64,000 nt of DNA from the human T2T-CHM13v2.0 reference genome, Homo sapiens. The DNA lies in NCBI RefSeq assembly GCF_009914755.1, contig NC_060932.1; one strand, given 5' to 3'. The translations under genes were made by a program, and so were the position numbers. Under the pieces are notes generated by a model. That model was not told where the DNA came from, did not search any database, and saw nothing but the letters and a program-made list of their open reading frames with translations. Within the stretch, counting starts at the first letter, position 1. Every line of letters begins with the position of its first letter. Shown here one piece after another: positions 1-23,255 of the stretch.

Positions 1-1540
1 GCACTCCAGCCTGTTGACAAAGCAAGACTCTGTCTCAAAAAAAAAAAAAAAAAGCCAACATGAGCTGCAGAAACCAGCAGAAGCAGCCATTATACTTCTA
101 AGCTGTGCCAACTAAGTGGTTCCCATTTCTGGAGCCAGAGATGATAATTAAGTCATTGCAAGTTGCCTGAAGAGAATTACTCAGGCAACTGGGAAAGGCA
201 GTGGAAGGTCTGTGAAGCAAAGTTTTCAAGTAGATATTGCTATTACTGGCAGGTGTGCAAGGCGTGTAGTAAAATCAGTTTGTGGCATAGGTCGGCCCTT
301 GCTGACTAAATCCTCTCTGGGGATTGAATTGATGACGACTGTGACTTGAGTTGGATTCGAAAATGGCTTCCCTTGGCCTCTTGAAAGAGTGCAGATGAAG
401 CCTTTTCCGTGGATTTCAGTAACTTTCCAGCATACCATGACGATTTCTTCCCCAAATATACACATGCTCTTTTGCTCTTTGTGCCTGATCTTCAGTAATT
501 TTTAGTTTTTTAACAGGCAGAAAAAATCTAGCAGCTAGGAAAGTTCAAGTTGGGGTGGGAGTTTTTAGTGAACTTTTCTCCCAGGTGTGTGGCCTTTATT
601 TCTATTTATATATGTTTGTAAATGGAATTACCCCCTTTCTCTTGCAAAATAACCGCTTCCTGGCTGTTGGCTCACTTTGCTGGAATTTTTCTGAATCCAG
701 GTTAAGATTTCCAGAAGTCAGCTTTGGAAAACGTGACACTCCTACCAAAGTCCAGATGGTTAGAAAGTTATCACATACCATGGGTTTCAGTGTTTTTGGA
801 AACCCGTTTTTTTCTGGTTTTTTTTTCCCCCTCTCCATTTTAGAATCTTCTCCCAGTCCCTTCGGGCCTAGTTCTGTCTCATCTTGCTTTATTGGGTTTT
901 AAAAACCGGTCTTATTTAAGCTTTTCTAATTTGTATTTATGTACTTATTTATTTTTTGGTATGATGGCAGGGAGGGGACAAAGCAGAAATACCCCTTTTA
1001 TATGACAATGTGTGAGAAAAGAAACTTTAGCTTAAAACTCCGTAAAATGTGCTCACTTCAGCAGCACATATACTAAAATTAAAATGATATAGAGAAGATT
1101 AGCATATAGAAAAAAAGAAAAAAGATTTCCTTAAAACAAGAAAACCAAGAATGTTTTTGGTTTGTTGCGGTGCCCAGCCGAGGTTGAGGAGGGATGGGTA
1201 TTGTTGGTGCACTGCTGGTTTCATTTGGAGTGTGGGACATTAGGGTGAGACAAGGACCTGGAATTTAAAAACCACAGAATCAAACACTGTGAACCACTGG
1301 TCTCTGGCTAAGCAGATCAGTTTTCTGATTTTCCTTGGAAGCGTTTTGAATTTTTCTGTTGAAGTTGGATTTCCTAATACTTTTTTTCTCTTAGATAATC
1401 AGAACAAATGGTTGAATACATTATAATACAAAAATTTCTTCACTTTTTATTCTTGGTTTTCTTGCCTCGTTTTTCGGTTTTAATGCCAAATGATTGGGTC
1501 ATGGGGTGGGAAATAAAAACAACTTTGTATAAATTTGTAG
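1..1540 (+). other. PIWIL2: Probable distal 3' UTR and polyadenylation region of the upstream gene (PIWIL2 by known synteny)
   Basis: AATAAA at 1512-1517 followed by a GT/T-rich downstream element (TTGTAGTTGTGTTTG). PIWIL2 is known to end about 10 kb upstream of SLC39A14 on the same strand. No PIWIL2 coding sequence is visible, so the gene assignment rests on recalled synteny only. Confidence 0.45.
1049..1105 (+). pseudogene. 3'-truncated U6 snRNA retrocopy
   Basis: GTGCTCACTTCAGCAGCACATATACTAAAATTAAAATGATATAGAGAAGATTAGCAT matches U6 nt 1-57 at 51/57 positions by eye and is followed by an A-rich tail (about 1106-1123). Confidence 0.9.
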
Positions 1541-1747
1541 TTGTGTTTGAAATAATGTTGTTTATTTATTATTATATTGATGTAACTCTTTTTCTTCAGA
1601 GAGCTGCAGCACTTCCTAGAAACACTCATTACTCTGCTTGTAAGTTGCAACTCCAGTGTTAGTAGCCAGGTAATTTCATCATCAGCTGGGTAAGAAGACT
1701 TATTGAAAAAAACAGTAGCCACCTCACTTCTCAGACAGATGAGGCAC

Positions 1748-1749
<2 letters not shown>

Positions 1750-1787
<38 letters not shown>

Positions 1788-1794
1788 TGTGTGT
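1750..1794. repeat. (TG)n microsatellite
   Basis: About 18 perfect TG units plus a short interrupted extension. Confidence 0.97.
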
Positions 1795-1974
1795 GGTTTT
1801 TAGCTCTCTTTCTCCCATCAGACAATTTCTTTTACCCTAAGTGAGAGCCAGAGTGTGTCCACTTGCAAGGGCAGCCTCCCCACCGCTCCACTATTTTAAC
1901 GCTTGCCCTTTTTTACATATACCTCACGGGGTGTCTGTCACCATTGAAATACCTTCCCTGGGTACAAAAATCCC

Positions 1975-2530
<556 letters not shown>

Positions 2531-2654
2531 TACCTTCCCAAAGCACCTAGCTGCTCACTTAAGCACTGCATTTCTTTAGAATACTACAGTTTCCCTATTT
2601 ATTTAGAAACTCTGTGCTTCCTGAACTCATTCTAGAAAGAACCTCATTTCTGTG

Positions 2655-2999
2655 CAGTAGTCTCTTATCCATGGGGAATACATTTGAATACCCCCAGCAG
2701 TTGCCTGAAACCTCAGATAGTACTGAATCCTATACGGTACTATGTTATTTGAATCTGAAACTCAGGATGTCTATTAAGTGACTAATGTGTAGCATCACCG
2801 GTGTGGATACTCTGGACAGACATGATTCATGTTCACGGGGGATGGAGTGGGACAACGTGAAGTTTCATCACACTACTCAGAACAGTTTGCAATTTATAAC
2901 ATGAATTTCTGGAATTTTCCATTTAATAGTTTTGGACTTTGGCTGACCAAGGGCAACTGAAACCTCAGAAAATGAAACCATGGAAAGGAGGGACTGCTG
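2655..2999. mobile_element. Tigger-family non-autonomous DNA transposon (MER44A-like)
   Basis: Begins CAGTAGTCTCTTATCCATGGGG and ends GGAGGGACTGCTG followed by TA. Degenerate terminal inverted repeats, about 345 bp. Confidence 0.7.
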
Positions 3000-3234
3000 T
3001 ACGGTGTGACAGGGTCCTTTTTACTTGGGCAGCATTTTGTTGAATGATGTGAAAAAGGAATTTTAGAAATGACTATATATTTTAAAACCTTAAAATTTGG
3101 GCCTGAAATTAATTTCTCTAGAGGTTTGGGATTATTAGAGAAGACCCTGTTTTTTCTTTCTGGCTCTATGGCTAGCTGAGTTACTTAGTAACTTTTCCTG
3201 CCTAGAGTTTTCTTTTTTTCAAAAAATGAGGAAC

Positions 3235-4495
3235 ATCAAGAGCTTGAGAAGAAAAGCCACAGACTGAAAGAAAATATTTGCAGAATACACATCTGATCAA
3301 GGATTGTTATCCAAAATATACAAAGAACTCTTTAAACTTAATAAAGAAACTAGTCAGTTTTTTTTAAAAATCGGCAATAGACCTGTACAGACATCGCCAA
3401 AGATGCACAGATGGTAAATAAACGTATGAAAAGATGCTCCACATTATATCTCCTTAGGGAACCACAAATTAAAACAAGGCACCCATTCCATACCTGGTAG
3501 AATAGCCAAAATCCACAACACTTAACCATGCCATATGCTGGTGAGGTTGCAGAGCTGCAGGAACTGGTACAGCCACTTGAGAAGAGAGTTCTTAATAAAA
3601 TTAAACAGGATTACAAAACCACATACATAATCTTATCATATGGAGCAGCAGTCATACTCCTTGGTGTTTACCCAAAGGGGATGAAAACTCATGTCCACAC
3701 AAAAGCCTGCACACGGACATTCATAGCAGCTGTATTCATCGTTTCCAAAACTTGGAAGCATCCAAGATGTGCTTCAGTAGGTGAATGGACAAACTGCACC
3801 TGGACAGTGGAATATTATTCAGCACTAAAAGGAAATGAGCTATCAAGTCATGGAAAGACACAGAGGAACTTTAATGTATATTACTAAATTGGAAAAAGCC
3901 AATCTGGAAAGGCTATATATGACTCCAACGTATAACATTCCGGAAAAGGCAAAACCGTGGAGATAGTGAAAGGATCAGCAGTTTGGTCGGGCGCAGTGGC
4001 TCACACCTGCAGTCCCAGCACTTTGGGAGGCCGAGGTGGGTGGATCATGAGGTCAGGAGTTCGAGACCAGCCTGGCCAACATGGTAAAACCCCGTCTCTA
4101 TTAAAAGTACAAAAATTAGCTGGGTGTGGTGGTGGGCACCTGTAATCCCAGCTACTCGGGAAGCTGAGGCAGGAGAATCGCTTGAGGCAGGAGGCAGAGG
4201 TTGTAGTGAGCTGAGATCACGCCATTGCACTCCAGCCTGGGCGACAAGAGAAAAACTCCGTCTCGGAAAAAAAAGGATCAGCAGTTGTGGAGAGAGAGAC
4301 GAGAGATGAATGGGCAGAAACAAAGGATTTTTAGGGCAGCGGAGCTATTCACTGTGATGCTGTAATGGTGAATACATGTCATTATGAATCTGTCTGATCC
4401 CACGGAATGTACACTAAGAGTGAACCCTGATGTAAACTATGGACTCTGGGTAATATGTCAGTGTAGGTTTATCAGCTATAACAAACTTACCAGGG
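3235..4495 (+). mobile_element. Old L1 (ORF2 3' end and 3' UTR, L1MB/MC-type) interrupted by an Alu (about 3987-4274)
   Basis: ORF 3528-3887 gives L1 ORF2 C-terminal-like peptide (LLGVYPKGMKTHVHTKACTRTFIAAVFIVSKTWKHPRC), followed by L1M 3' UTR-like sequence. Confidence 0.85.
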
Positions 4496-4819
4496 AAGAA
4501 AGGAGAGGGGAGTGGGGGAGGGGAGAAGGTTAATATTTGTTACAAGAAGGAAAGGGAAGCTGAGTGGTACTAGCACAGCTCCCAGGATTCTGGTTTCATT
4601 CCAGGTAGGGCCAGGACATACACAGCCTGAGCCCCTGCGAAGTGCAGGATTGCTACAGCTGAGTCTCCTGCATGAAGAGAGCTGGAAGCTGGAAGGGGAC
4701 TAGAGAACCCCTGCCAATCATGCTGGGGCGGCCGCAGGGAAATGTGGTGTTTGACCAGGGAAATGGATAGGGCGAAAAAGACATCCATGAAAAATCCCCA
4801 AGCCTGGGCCACATACAGA

Positions 4820-7660
<2,841 letters not shown>

Positions 7661-7825
7661 CTAAACAAAGTATTTTTCCCAGTTGTCTTTTTTTGTGTGT
7701 CAAAACCATCAGATGACAACAGAAATGAACAATTGAGGCCTCTAAAGCTCTTCTCTTTCAGCTGACAATGTAGGGAGCTAGTACTTGAGCCCTCTGACAT
7801 GATTTCGGGTTGAATAGAACCTTCA

Positions 7826-9382
<1,557 letters not shown>

Positions 9383-10949
9383 GTGGAGAGCAGAGAGAAG
9401 TGGGCCTCCAAGCCTGGCACCAGGAATGAGAAACTGAGAACTACCCAGCAACAAGGAAGGATTTAAGAGATGCCTAAAGAATTTTGTGTGTGGGTAGATA
9501 TGGAGAGTTAAGACCTTTTGTTAATAATTAATTGTATTCCCTAATGGATTACTGATAGCTTATCAGCTCTGCTTGCCTATGTGGACTTTGACAGCTCCAC
9601 CTTTAGTGTGGTTGAAAACAAGTGAGAACGCCATGATAGGCCCGGTGGTGGGGTGTCTGGTCCTGCCCCCTCTCTGCCGAGCAATCTCCTTGAAGGGTGC
9701 CTAGTTCTCCTGTGGACAGTATTGACAACTTGCCTGGAAAAGCCATGGGATTGCTCTCCAGCTTTGGTTTTAAGAGATTTAACACTCCATTAGGATATGT
9801 GTTTACGGGCTTCATACCCTTCAGAGCTCTGTGTGTTGGAAGCATACTTATTTCACTTTATCTCTGGGTGGGCTTCTCACTCCTTTTCCAGTGCTTCAAC
9901 AAAAGGTGTGGCGGGGACTGGCCCCTTTCTCACAGCCCACTGCAGTGGGATGAGAGTCCCAAACGGATGACATAATGTCTGGAAAGCACCGAGTTTAACC
10001 AAGAGAGAAATAGGGTTATTACAAAGATGAAGGGGCTCTGAGGGAAATTCTGCAAGAGATATCATTACTTTGAAATCACTTGGAAAATAAATGAGAGGAA
10101 TATCACCCTGCCCCCATACCCACTGCAGCACTGTAATTACGGGGTGAGGATAATTGAATTTTAGAAACGCCCGGGGCCCAGCTACACTCTTCAAAAGTAA
10201 TATGAAGAATCTGACCCCCTCTGGCCTGGCGAAGAGCAAGCTCCTGAGTTCTTGCTACCGGCTCCAGCGACTGTCTGCTTTCCTTTTCTCCTTAGCGCCG
10301 CCATCACGGGGGTCCTCCCCGCAAGACCTGCAGAGAGTGGGATGTTGCCCCCTTCCCTGCGCAAATTTAGAGACAGCTAGTGCCGTCTGGGGACCAGTCA
10401 CTGTGCTAGGATCAGCTCGAGTACTAAGCCGCGACAGTTGGGCTAGAAAGCCCTTCCTCCGAGCCCCCCAAGGCCCAGGTGGCAGCGGGTTCAGCTCATA
10501 GAGGAAATTGTCCTGATGTCCTGCAGAACAGAACAATGGGAGTGGAAAGGGTGGTTTATTTTCTCAAGAAATCGACTACATTTCCCAGGCCTGATATACA
10601 TCTCAATGGGACTGTCCCACAGAGGAAGAGTCTCCTCGGAACTTCTTCACCCCCAAATTAACATTTCTCCCAACTTTGGGTTAGTAGGGTTCTTTAGGCG
10701 TCTGATCATTGTGGGAAGCGGTGCGGCATCAAGTCTGAAAAGTGAATATAATATGGTTTATTTGGAACTCGACCAGGAAATTTTGGTTCTTTTGGCTGGT
10801 GGAAATATGCAGAAGAAACACCATCTAAGGGCGCGTCCCCTTCTGAAGTACCTTTCCGAACTGGGGAGGGAAGAGAAAAGCTTTTTGGGTGAACCAGAAG
10901 TGGTAAAATCACATTCAAATAGAGTGGGTAGGACTCTCCTCCAGGGGGT

Positions 10950-11830
10950 GTGGGGTGGAGGCTAGGCGGTGAGAGCTTCCCGCGCCCAGGGAGCAGGTCT
11001 TCACGGGAGGTTTCCGGAGGCAGGAGGAGCCTGCGGGTCCTCGGGAGTCACGGCCGGATGAAGGATGGGAGCGGGCGCCGACCACAGCCAGGGCCGCGAG
11101 GCGCAGGAGGGCGCAGGCTGGCCAGGTCCCCAGCCTGCCGGCCCCACGTGGCAGCCCCGGGGCGAGCGGGGCGGGCCGGGGGCGGGTCCGGCCGCTGACG
11201 CGCCGGGTATATAGCCGGGCATGCGCGCGGTGCCGGGGCCCGGACGCAGTGAGGGGGGTCGGCGCGCGTGTCTACGCGGACGCACCGGCTAAGCTGCTTC
11301 TGCCGCCGCCGGCCGCCTGGGACCTTGCGGTGAGGCTGCGCGGGGCCGAGGCCGCCTCCGAGCGCCAGGTGAGGGCGGGGACGCCAAGGGCCGCGGGATG
11401 GGCAGCGGCGGAGGAGCCCCGCACCCCAGGCTGGGGCAGTGGGTGGGGGCGGGGACAGCCCTGCGCCGAGGACCGGGCGCCGCTCCCGGGCACCGGCACA
11501 CGCCCGGACGGCTGGGTGGAGGCTGCACCTGGCCGTGGTGCCGCGCTGGCGAGGGGAGAGGTCAAGGCGCGGCCTGTCCGCCTGGAGGGTGCGGGATGCT
11601 AGAGCCGCAGAAGGGTGCCCAGAGCGTGGGTCGCCGCGCCGAAGGCTGAGCCAGGCTCCCGGATTCCCCGCGCGGACACGGACGCAGAACGCAGACAGTA
11701 GGTGGCCAATCCGAGGGGCGGCTCTTGGGGCGGCTCTATGGGGCTCTGGGGTCTGGACTTTGCTTTTCAGGAGCTGCGTCCCCGGGCCCCCGCCGGTCCA
11801 TCTCCCCTCTGAAGGTACATGTACCCAATC
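10950..11830 (+). promoter_or_regulatory. SLC39A14: SLC39A14 CpG-island promoter
   Basis: Very high GC and CpG density. E-box CACGTG 11145-11150, GC boxes 11168-11187, half-CRE TGACG 11196-11200, TATATA 11208-11213. A second CCAAT (11706-11710) plus GC-box module lies inside intron 1. Confidence 0.9.
11238..11368 (+). other. SLC39A14: SLC39A14 non-coding exon 1 (5' end approximate)
   Basis: Starts about 25-30 nt downstream of TATATA and ends at strong donor CAG|GTGAGG (GT at 11369-11370). Joins exon 2 acceptor at 48491. Confidence 0.8.
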
Positions 11831-12366
11831 TTCCGGCTGAGCGAATCTCCAACCTGGCTTGCCCACGAGGATGGCTTTCTGGCTATTTTTGGTCCTTAAT
11901 GACCAAGTTAGGTGGTCGGGTTCAGGCTGCCCCCTCTTGGTGGGTGAGGGCAGTGGGACAAAGTCGCCATCCGAGCAGTTTCATCATCTGATCCTGAGGT
12001 CCAGTTGAGCCGGGAAAATTTCGTCAGCTCTGGACTAGGGGTTCACTTTTGAGGATCTGGTGCTTGCCAGGGCCTGGGTTCCAGAGACAGGCTTCTCTAA
12101 ACAGTTAAAGGGCTCGGCTGTACAGGAGGACTCCGGACACAATTGGGGAGTGGCTAAGTGCTCTCTTGTGGCCCGAATGGAAGCGTGGGGTTAGGAGCAG
12201 CTTTGACCTGACCCTTCTTCCTGGAGCAAGCCTGGTTTGGGTTTACGTCTTTAGTGGCTCTCCCCTAGGAGCCCCAGGCCATTGGGACGGCTGTGCTCCT
12301 GCTGAGGAGTGGCCTGGGAGTTAGCCCTGGCCTCTGTCCCTGCTCTGCTCTTAACTGGCCCTGTGA

Positions 12367-12770
<404 letters not shown>

Positions 12771-12844
12771 TATCCTTACCTCTTAAAACCTAAGTCCTAA
12801 ATATGGACAAGAACTTGTCCATATACATCCTTGGATGCATATCC

Positions 12845-12906
12845 CCCGGGACGCAGCTCCTGAAAAGCGAAGTCCAGACCCCAGAGCCCCATGGAGCCAC
12901 CCCAAG
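12845..12906 (-). repeat. Inverted duplicate of 11724-11786
   Basis: Reverse complement of 11724-11786 with 3 substitutions and a 1-nt indel. Bracketed by direct repeat ATATACATCCTTGG (12821-12834 and 12908-12921). Confidence 0.93.
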
Positions 12907-14056
12907 GATATACATCCTTGGTAAAGCAAGAGAAGGGATGTCCAGAATCATAACTTAGCAGCTGGAATTAAAAGCCACATGTTCCTTTTCCTGGTGGAGG
13001 CTCAGAGAGGTGAGTTTTCCATTACCTGTGTGGTAGCCAGGAGATAGGCTAGTGGTCCTCTTGCTGGGGTTGGTTTGCAGGTAAGACTAGAGGGCACCAG
13101 ACAGTGGAAGGGGGTCCTCTGGATACTGTCTCTTCCCAAAGGGCCAGGCCAAAAGCAGGTTCTTGCTTAATTTATCATATTTTACTCATCTGGCCTCTGG
13201 GGCCTTGAGGGAGGGCAGTGCTGAGCGGGAGATTCGATCCAGGTGTTGACTGACAGCTGGCCAGCCAGTGCAGAGGCTAGAGGAACTCACTGACCTGAGG
13301 ACTTGGGGGCTGGAGCAGCTGCATCATTGGCCTTGTATTTTAGGCCAGAGTAAGAATTTTGGGCTCTGGGACTCTTAGCCTGTGGATGTACATTGCCTGG
13401 TCTGTGCTGGGCTCTGCAGTGGCCACCATGGCGGGTGCACGCAGAAGGCCTGGCCCCCACCCTTCCAGTGCAAACTCTTGGGGAGAAACAGCATCCACGG
13501 GTGAAGAACAAGATAGCAACACAAGAGAAGCCTCCATACTGTGCACAGTTCAGTTCAGAGAGCGGGCATCCTTGAAAGACGGGAATAATTCTGGCCTTTT
13601 GAGATAGGTGGGTCTCTGTTCAATTCCTGGCCCCGTCACTCTCCAGCAGTGAGAAATTTCTTAACTTCTGTTCTCACCAGCTTGCAGGATGTTGTGATTT
13701 TGCCTGGAACATAGTAGAGGGCTGCTTGTCATCATTCTCATCGTCATAATTTTTGTGGGGTGGAGTGGGTTATTTAGGGGTCCCAGAGGCTGATAGTTGG
13801 GTTGGGTTGTAGGAATGGTGTGAGCCCAGGCGTAGGGTTGATTCATCTCTTCCTTGGCAACATGGATGCAATTTCCCTGCCCTTCTGGGAAGGCCGCTTT
13901 TCTGTGGCCTGCCAGGGATTGTCCCACAGATCAATTGGGCAATCTTAGGGAAAACAAACTTTTTTCTACCTTTGGTTCTGGGAGCTGCTCTGATTTCTTC
14001 AGAGAAGAAATGCTCCTTCTCTGGGCTGATGGTAGCCAGGAAGGAGTAACAATGCC

Positions 14057-14132
14057 TGTGTGTGCCTGGGTGGTGGGTGTGTGCTTGTGTGTGTGTGTGC
14101 ACATCTGTGCACATGTGCGTGTGCGTGTGTGT
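14057..14132. repeat. Degenerate (TG)n/(TGCG) simple repeat
   Basis: Interrupted TG-rich alternating purine-pyrimidine tract. Confidence 0.7.
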
Positions 14133-15356
14133 AGGGTATATATCACTCACAGGACTGGTTCTGTTTTTAAACCCTGCTTACCTTCTTCCTCCTTCCTTAC
14201 CTGCTCACACCCTGCACTATTCCAAGAGGAAACTCAATCCCTGTCCAACATTTGCAGAATCATGGGGTTTACACAGTAGTGTTGTGAATAGATTGTGCGT
14301 GCCTGGGAACCAGGACCTCCCTCTCCCCACTATGTCAGGATAATAGCCTGCCTGCACCTGACCTGGCCAAGGTAATGCTGCACCATGTTGCTGAGCCCCA
14401 CAACCATGGAATGTTGAGCAGGGGACTTTGGTGATCTTGGAGTCCAGCACCTTTATTTTACAGTGAAAGAAACTGGATCCAGGGAGGTGAATTGGTATTC
14501 CCGAGTCACATGGTTGCCAGTGGCCAAGAGACTTGATGGAGAAGACCAAAGAAGGGTTCTATTTTTGATCCTAAATGTGATTATGAAATTGCTGACACCT
14601 CCAGTCTTTGCTTGGAAACTAGAAGAGGAAGGGGCCATTTGTCCCTGTGCTTATTGAGGGAGGGGGTGTTAGTTTCTTCTGGAGGAGTCTCTTACTCTTT
14701 CCAGACTCCCTGGAGACATGGGAGGCTGGGGAGTGAGCAGGGAAGGGACCTGCTGCTCAGCCCAGCCGGGACTCACCGGGTGTCTGCAGTGGGGCTTCTC
14801 TGACCTCCAGGCTGGTGGGCTGGTGGAATGCCAGGAGATAAGGAGTCCAGAGTCCGCCCCATCGACTGTCGCCAGCCAGGGCTTCATGCCCACCTAGGGG
14901 ACAGGAGGGCAGGCCCTAGAACACAGGGTCACGAAGCCCCACTATCTTGTTCCCCCCTCCCCCCACTACCGTGGGCATTAAACCTCTCAGGGGGCCCCTG
15001 GTTGGGCCTGGCAGAGGCAGAGACGCAGAGGCTGGGCCCTCTGACCTGCACAAGGAAAAGAGGCCGGGAAAGCCACAGAATTGGCCTGCCCAAGGGAGCC
15101 CAGAGTGCCCAGCCATGGGAAACCGAATTCTCCGCCTTGGCAACTGGAGATCGGACTGTTGTTAGAACTCCTAACCTCCCTCCAAGGGCAGGCCCCAGAG
15201 AATCTTGGGGCTTGGTGGAATGAGAAGGTGAATGCCCTACATTTATTACCGCCGAGTTCCTAATGGCCCTCGTAGGCAGTGCATTCAGTATTAGTAGTTA
15301 ATAAAAAAAATCAGATAAAAGTTGGATATCTAAAAAAAAAATACATGTCTTAAATA

Positions 15357-20960
<5,604 letters not shown>

Positions 20961-22164
20961 CTAATGATTCTCTATTTCCCTCTTGTACATTTATTTATTG
21001 GAATTCTTTGTAAGCAAGAGCTGGCCCTGCTTCCCCATTTATTTATGCATTTGGTTATTCATAATCAGATTTTGTTCTGTGGGTTAAAGTTGAATAATAT
21101 TTTTTGAGGCTCAAATTGTTCTAGCTTTGACCATTTTGGGAGCTCCTTCCGGTTGTCTCCTGTGTTCTTCTGGTAAGCCCCTGCCATTTTTTTTTTTAAG
21201 TGTTTCCTTAATTTCCTTTACTACAAAATATTCCAGGCTCATCTTGTAACTTCGCTGCCCCAGCCCTAGAGTCAGGCACTTCTCCACGGAGTCCTGCTTT
21301 CCTTTATTGGAGAATGCTGTTTAGAAACCAAGGTCTGGTTGCTAGGTATGTTCATTGCTACAGCAGTTATCATTGCTTCTGGGTCCTCTCAGCAGACAAA
21401 GCTAGGAAACAGATAATTCAGCACCTATCTGTATATATGTATGCTAAAGAATATGAGTTTGTACTGATAACGCTTATTCTGATCTAACCTCAAAAAGTTC
21501 GTTTTATTTTAGTCTTTCCCTTTTCATGATGACTTCTTTCTCCAACAGTGAAAAACCCTCTCAGTCATTTTCTTAGTTGGGGTGAAGGTTATTTTCCACT
21601 GGTTTTGCTCCTATTATCGTGGCCCTGATTAACACACATTTCCACATGTGGACTATAGATTATTTGACTCAACTCGCCTTTGAGATGATAACATCTGGAG
21701 GCAGAGGCAAGTGTTTCTGATTTTACATACTCTGTGATTCTGCACCCAGAGCTGCACTAGGATGTACTGAATGCTTGATCAGCATCTTACCTGCTGAATA
21801 CCCCATTTGGATCTGTGCCCGCTCGGCTATGCTCTCCCTCTCTGCAGTTCACAACTCTCCTGCCAATTGTATTTGTCTTAAACAATACTCCTTTCCCGTT
21901 CCTAGCTTTAGAATTCTTTGTGAGATGAGAACTGTAGCCTAATGTTAGAAGCTCTAAAGCCTGCCCGGTCCAAGATCAGAAACCACTACCACTCATTTCC
22001 ATACCACCTGCTCTTGGTAGGCATGTGTCAGTAGAATGGATTAATTGGAAGTAAACTGGAATAGGACAGAGTGCAGAGACCCATACTGCCTGGCCCTGCC
22101 ACCTGTGACCAGAACTTGTCACTTCACTGCTCTGGGGAGTGGAGGTCTATCAGAGAAGGCAAGT

Positions 22165-23255
22165 GTGTTAGTATGACACACTTAGTGGCTTGAAACAACA
22201 CCCGTTTATCATTTCTCAATTCTGTAGGCCAGAAGGCTGAGCATTGCATGACTGGCTTCATTGCTGGGGGTCCTAGAAGACTAAACTTAGGGTGTCAGTT
22301 GGGTTTTCAGGGCCTCTGCCAGGCTCAGATGGTTGTGGAAAATTCAGCTCCTTGTGGCTATAGGACTGAGGTCCCCTGCCCCCTCACCCCTATTTTCCAT
22401 TGCTGGCTACCAGGCAGGGGCCACTCTCAGTTCCTAGAGGCCCCCATATTTCCTTTCCATGTGGTCTCCTCCATCCCCTGTGACACAGCCTGTCTCCCAC
22501 ATTGAGTCCTGCTCATGCTTCAGCTCTTTTTGCCAAGAGGAGCCATCCTTGTAAGGGCTCACCAGCTTTGTTCTGGCCCACTCAACGTAATTTCCCTTCT
22601 CAGGTCAACTGATGTGGTCAGCAAATACCTGCAGGCTCACTTTTGCCACATAATGTGCCATGATCCCAGGAGTGACGTCTCATATTCATGGGTCCCGCCC
22701 ATACACAGCAATGAGGGTCACTGGAGTCACTCTTAGTGTTCTGCCAGCTGCAGCTGAACATGATCAGGTCTTAATTCTGGCACCAAAGTATTTACCTGTG
22801 GATCTGTGTCCCATGGTTCCCCTGACAAGATACCAGAAACTTGGTGGCTTAAAAACGACAGAAATGTATTCTTATAGGTCTGGAGGCCAGCAGTGTGAAA
22901 TGCAGGTGTCACCAGGACCATACTCCTTCTGACAGCTCTAGGGGAGAATGCTTCCTTCTTTTCCCAGCTTTTGGTGGCTCCTGGCATTCCTTGGCTTCTG
23001 GCTGCACCACTCCCATCTCTGCCTCTGTCTTCACGTGGCCTTCCCCTGTTGGTGTGTGTCTGCATGTCCAAATCTCCCTCTCCTTTCTCTTATAAAGACA
23101 TAGGTCATTGGATTTAGGGCCCATCGTAAATCCAGGACAATTTCATCTTGACATCCGTAACTGATTTTATCTGCAAAGTCTCTATTTCCAAATAAAGTCA
23201 CTTTCTGAGATTTCAGGTGGACAGTTATTTGCGGGGATAGTATTCACCCCACTAG
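22165..23255 (-). mobile_element. Two adjacent MaLR (MLT1-type) solo LTR relics (about 22165-22740 and 22800-23255)
   Basis: MLT1-characteristic text AACTTGGTGGCTTAAAAACGACAGAAATGTATT and AGGTCATTGGATTTAGGGCCCA...TCTATTTCCAAATAAAGTCAC. Confidence 0.75.

Noticed and set aside
1408-1662. 84-aa ORF with an acceptor-like TTTTTCTTCAG near 1599, as a possible PIWIL2 coding exon
   Set aside because: The peptide does not resemble a PIWI domain, and it lies around or after the candidate poly(A) signal.
3528-3887. 119-aa ORF with reverse-transcriptase-element-like C-terminal text
   Set aside because: Decayed L1 ORF2 fragment, with no intact ORF or promoter.
11001-11991. Long overlapping ORFs on both strands, including a 272-aa minus-strand ORF at 11048-11866
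   Set aside because: Pro/Arg/Gly/Ala-rich, low-complexity frames expected from stop-codon scarcity in a CpG island. No recognisable domain.
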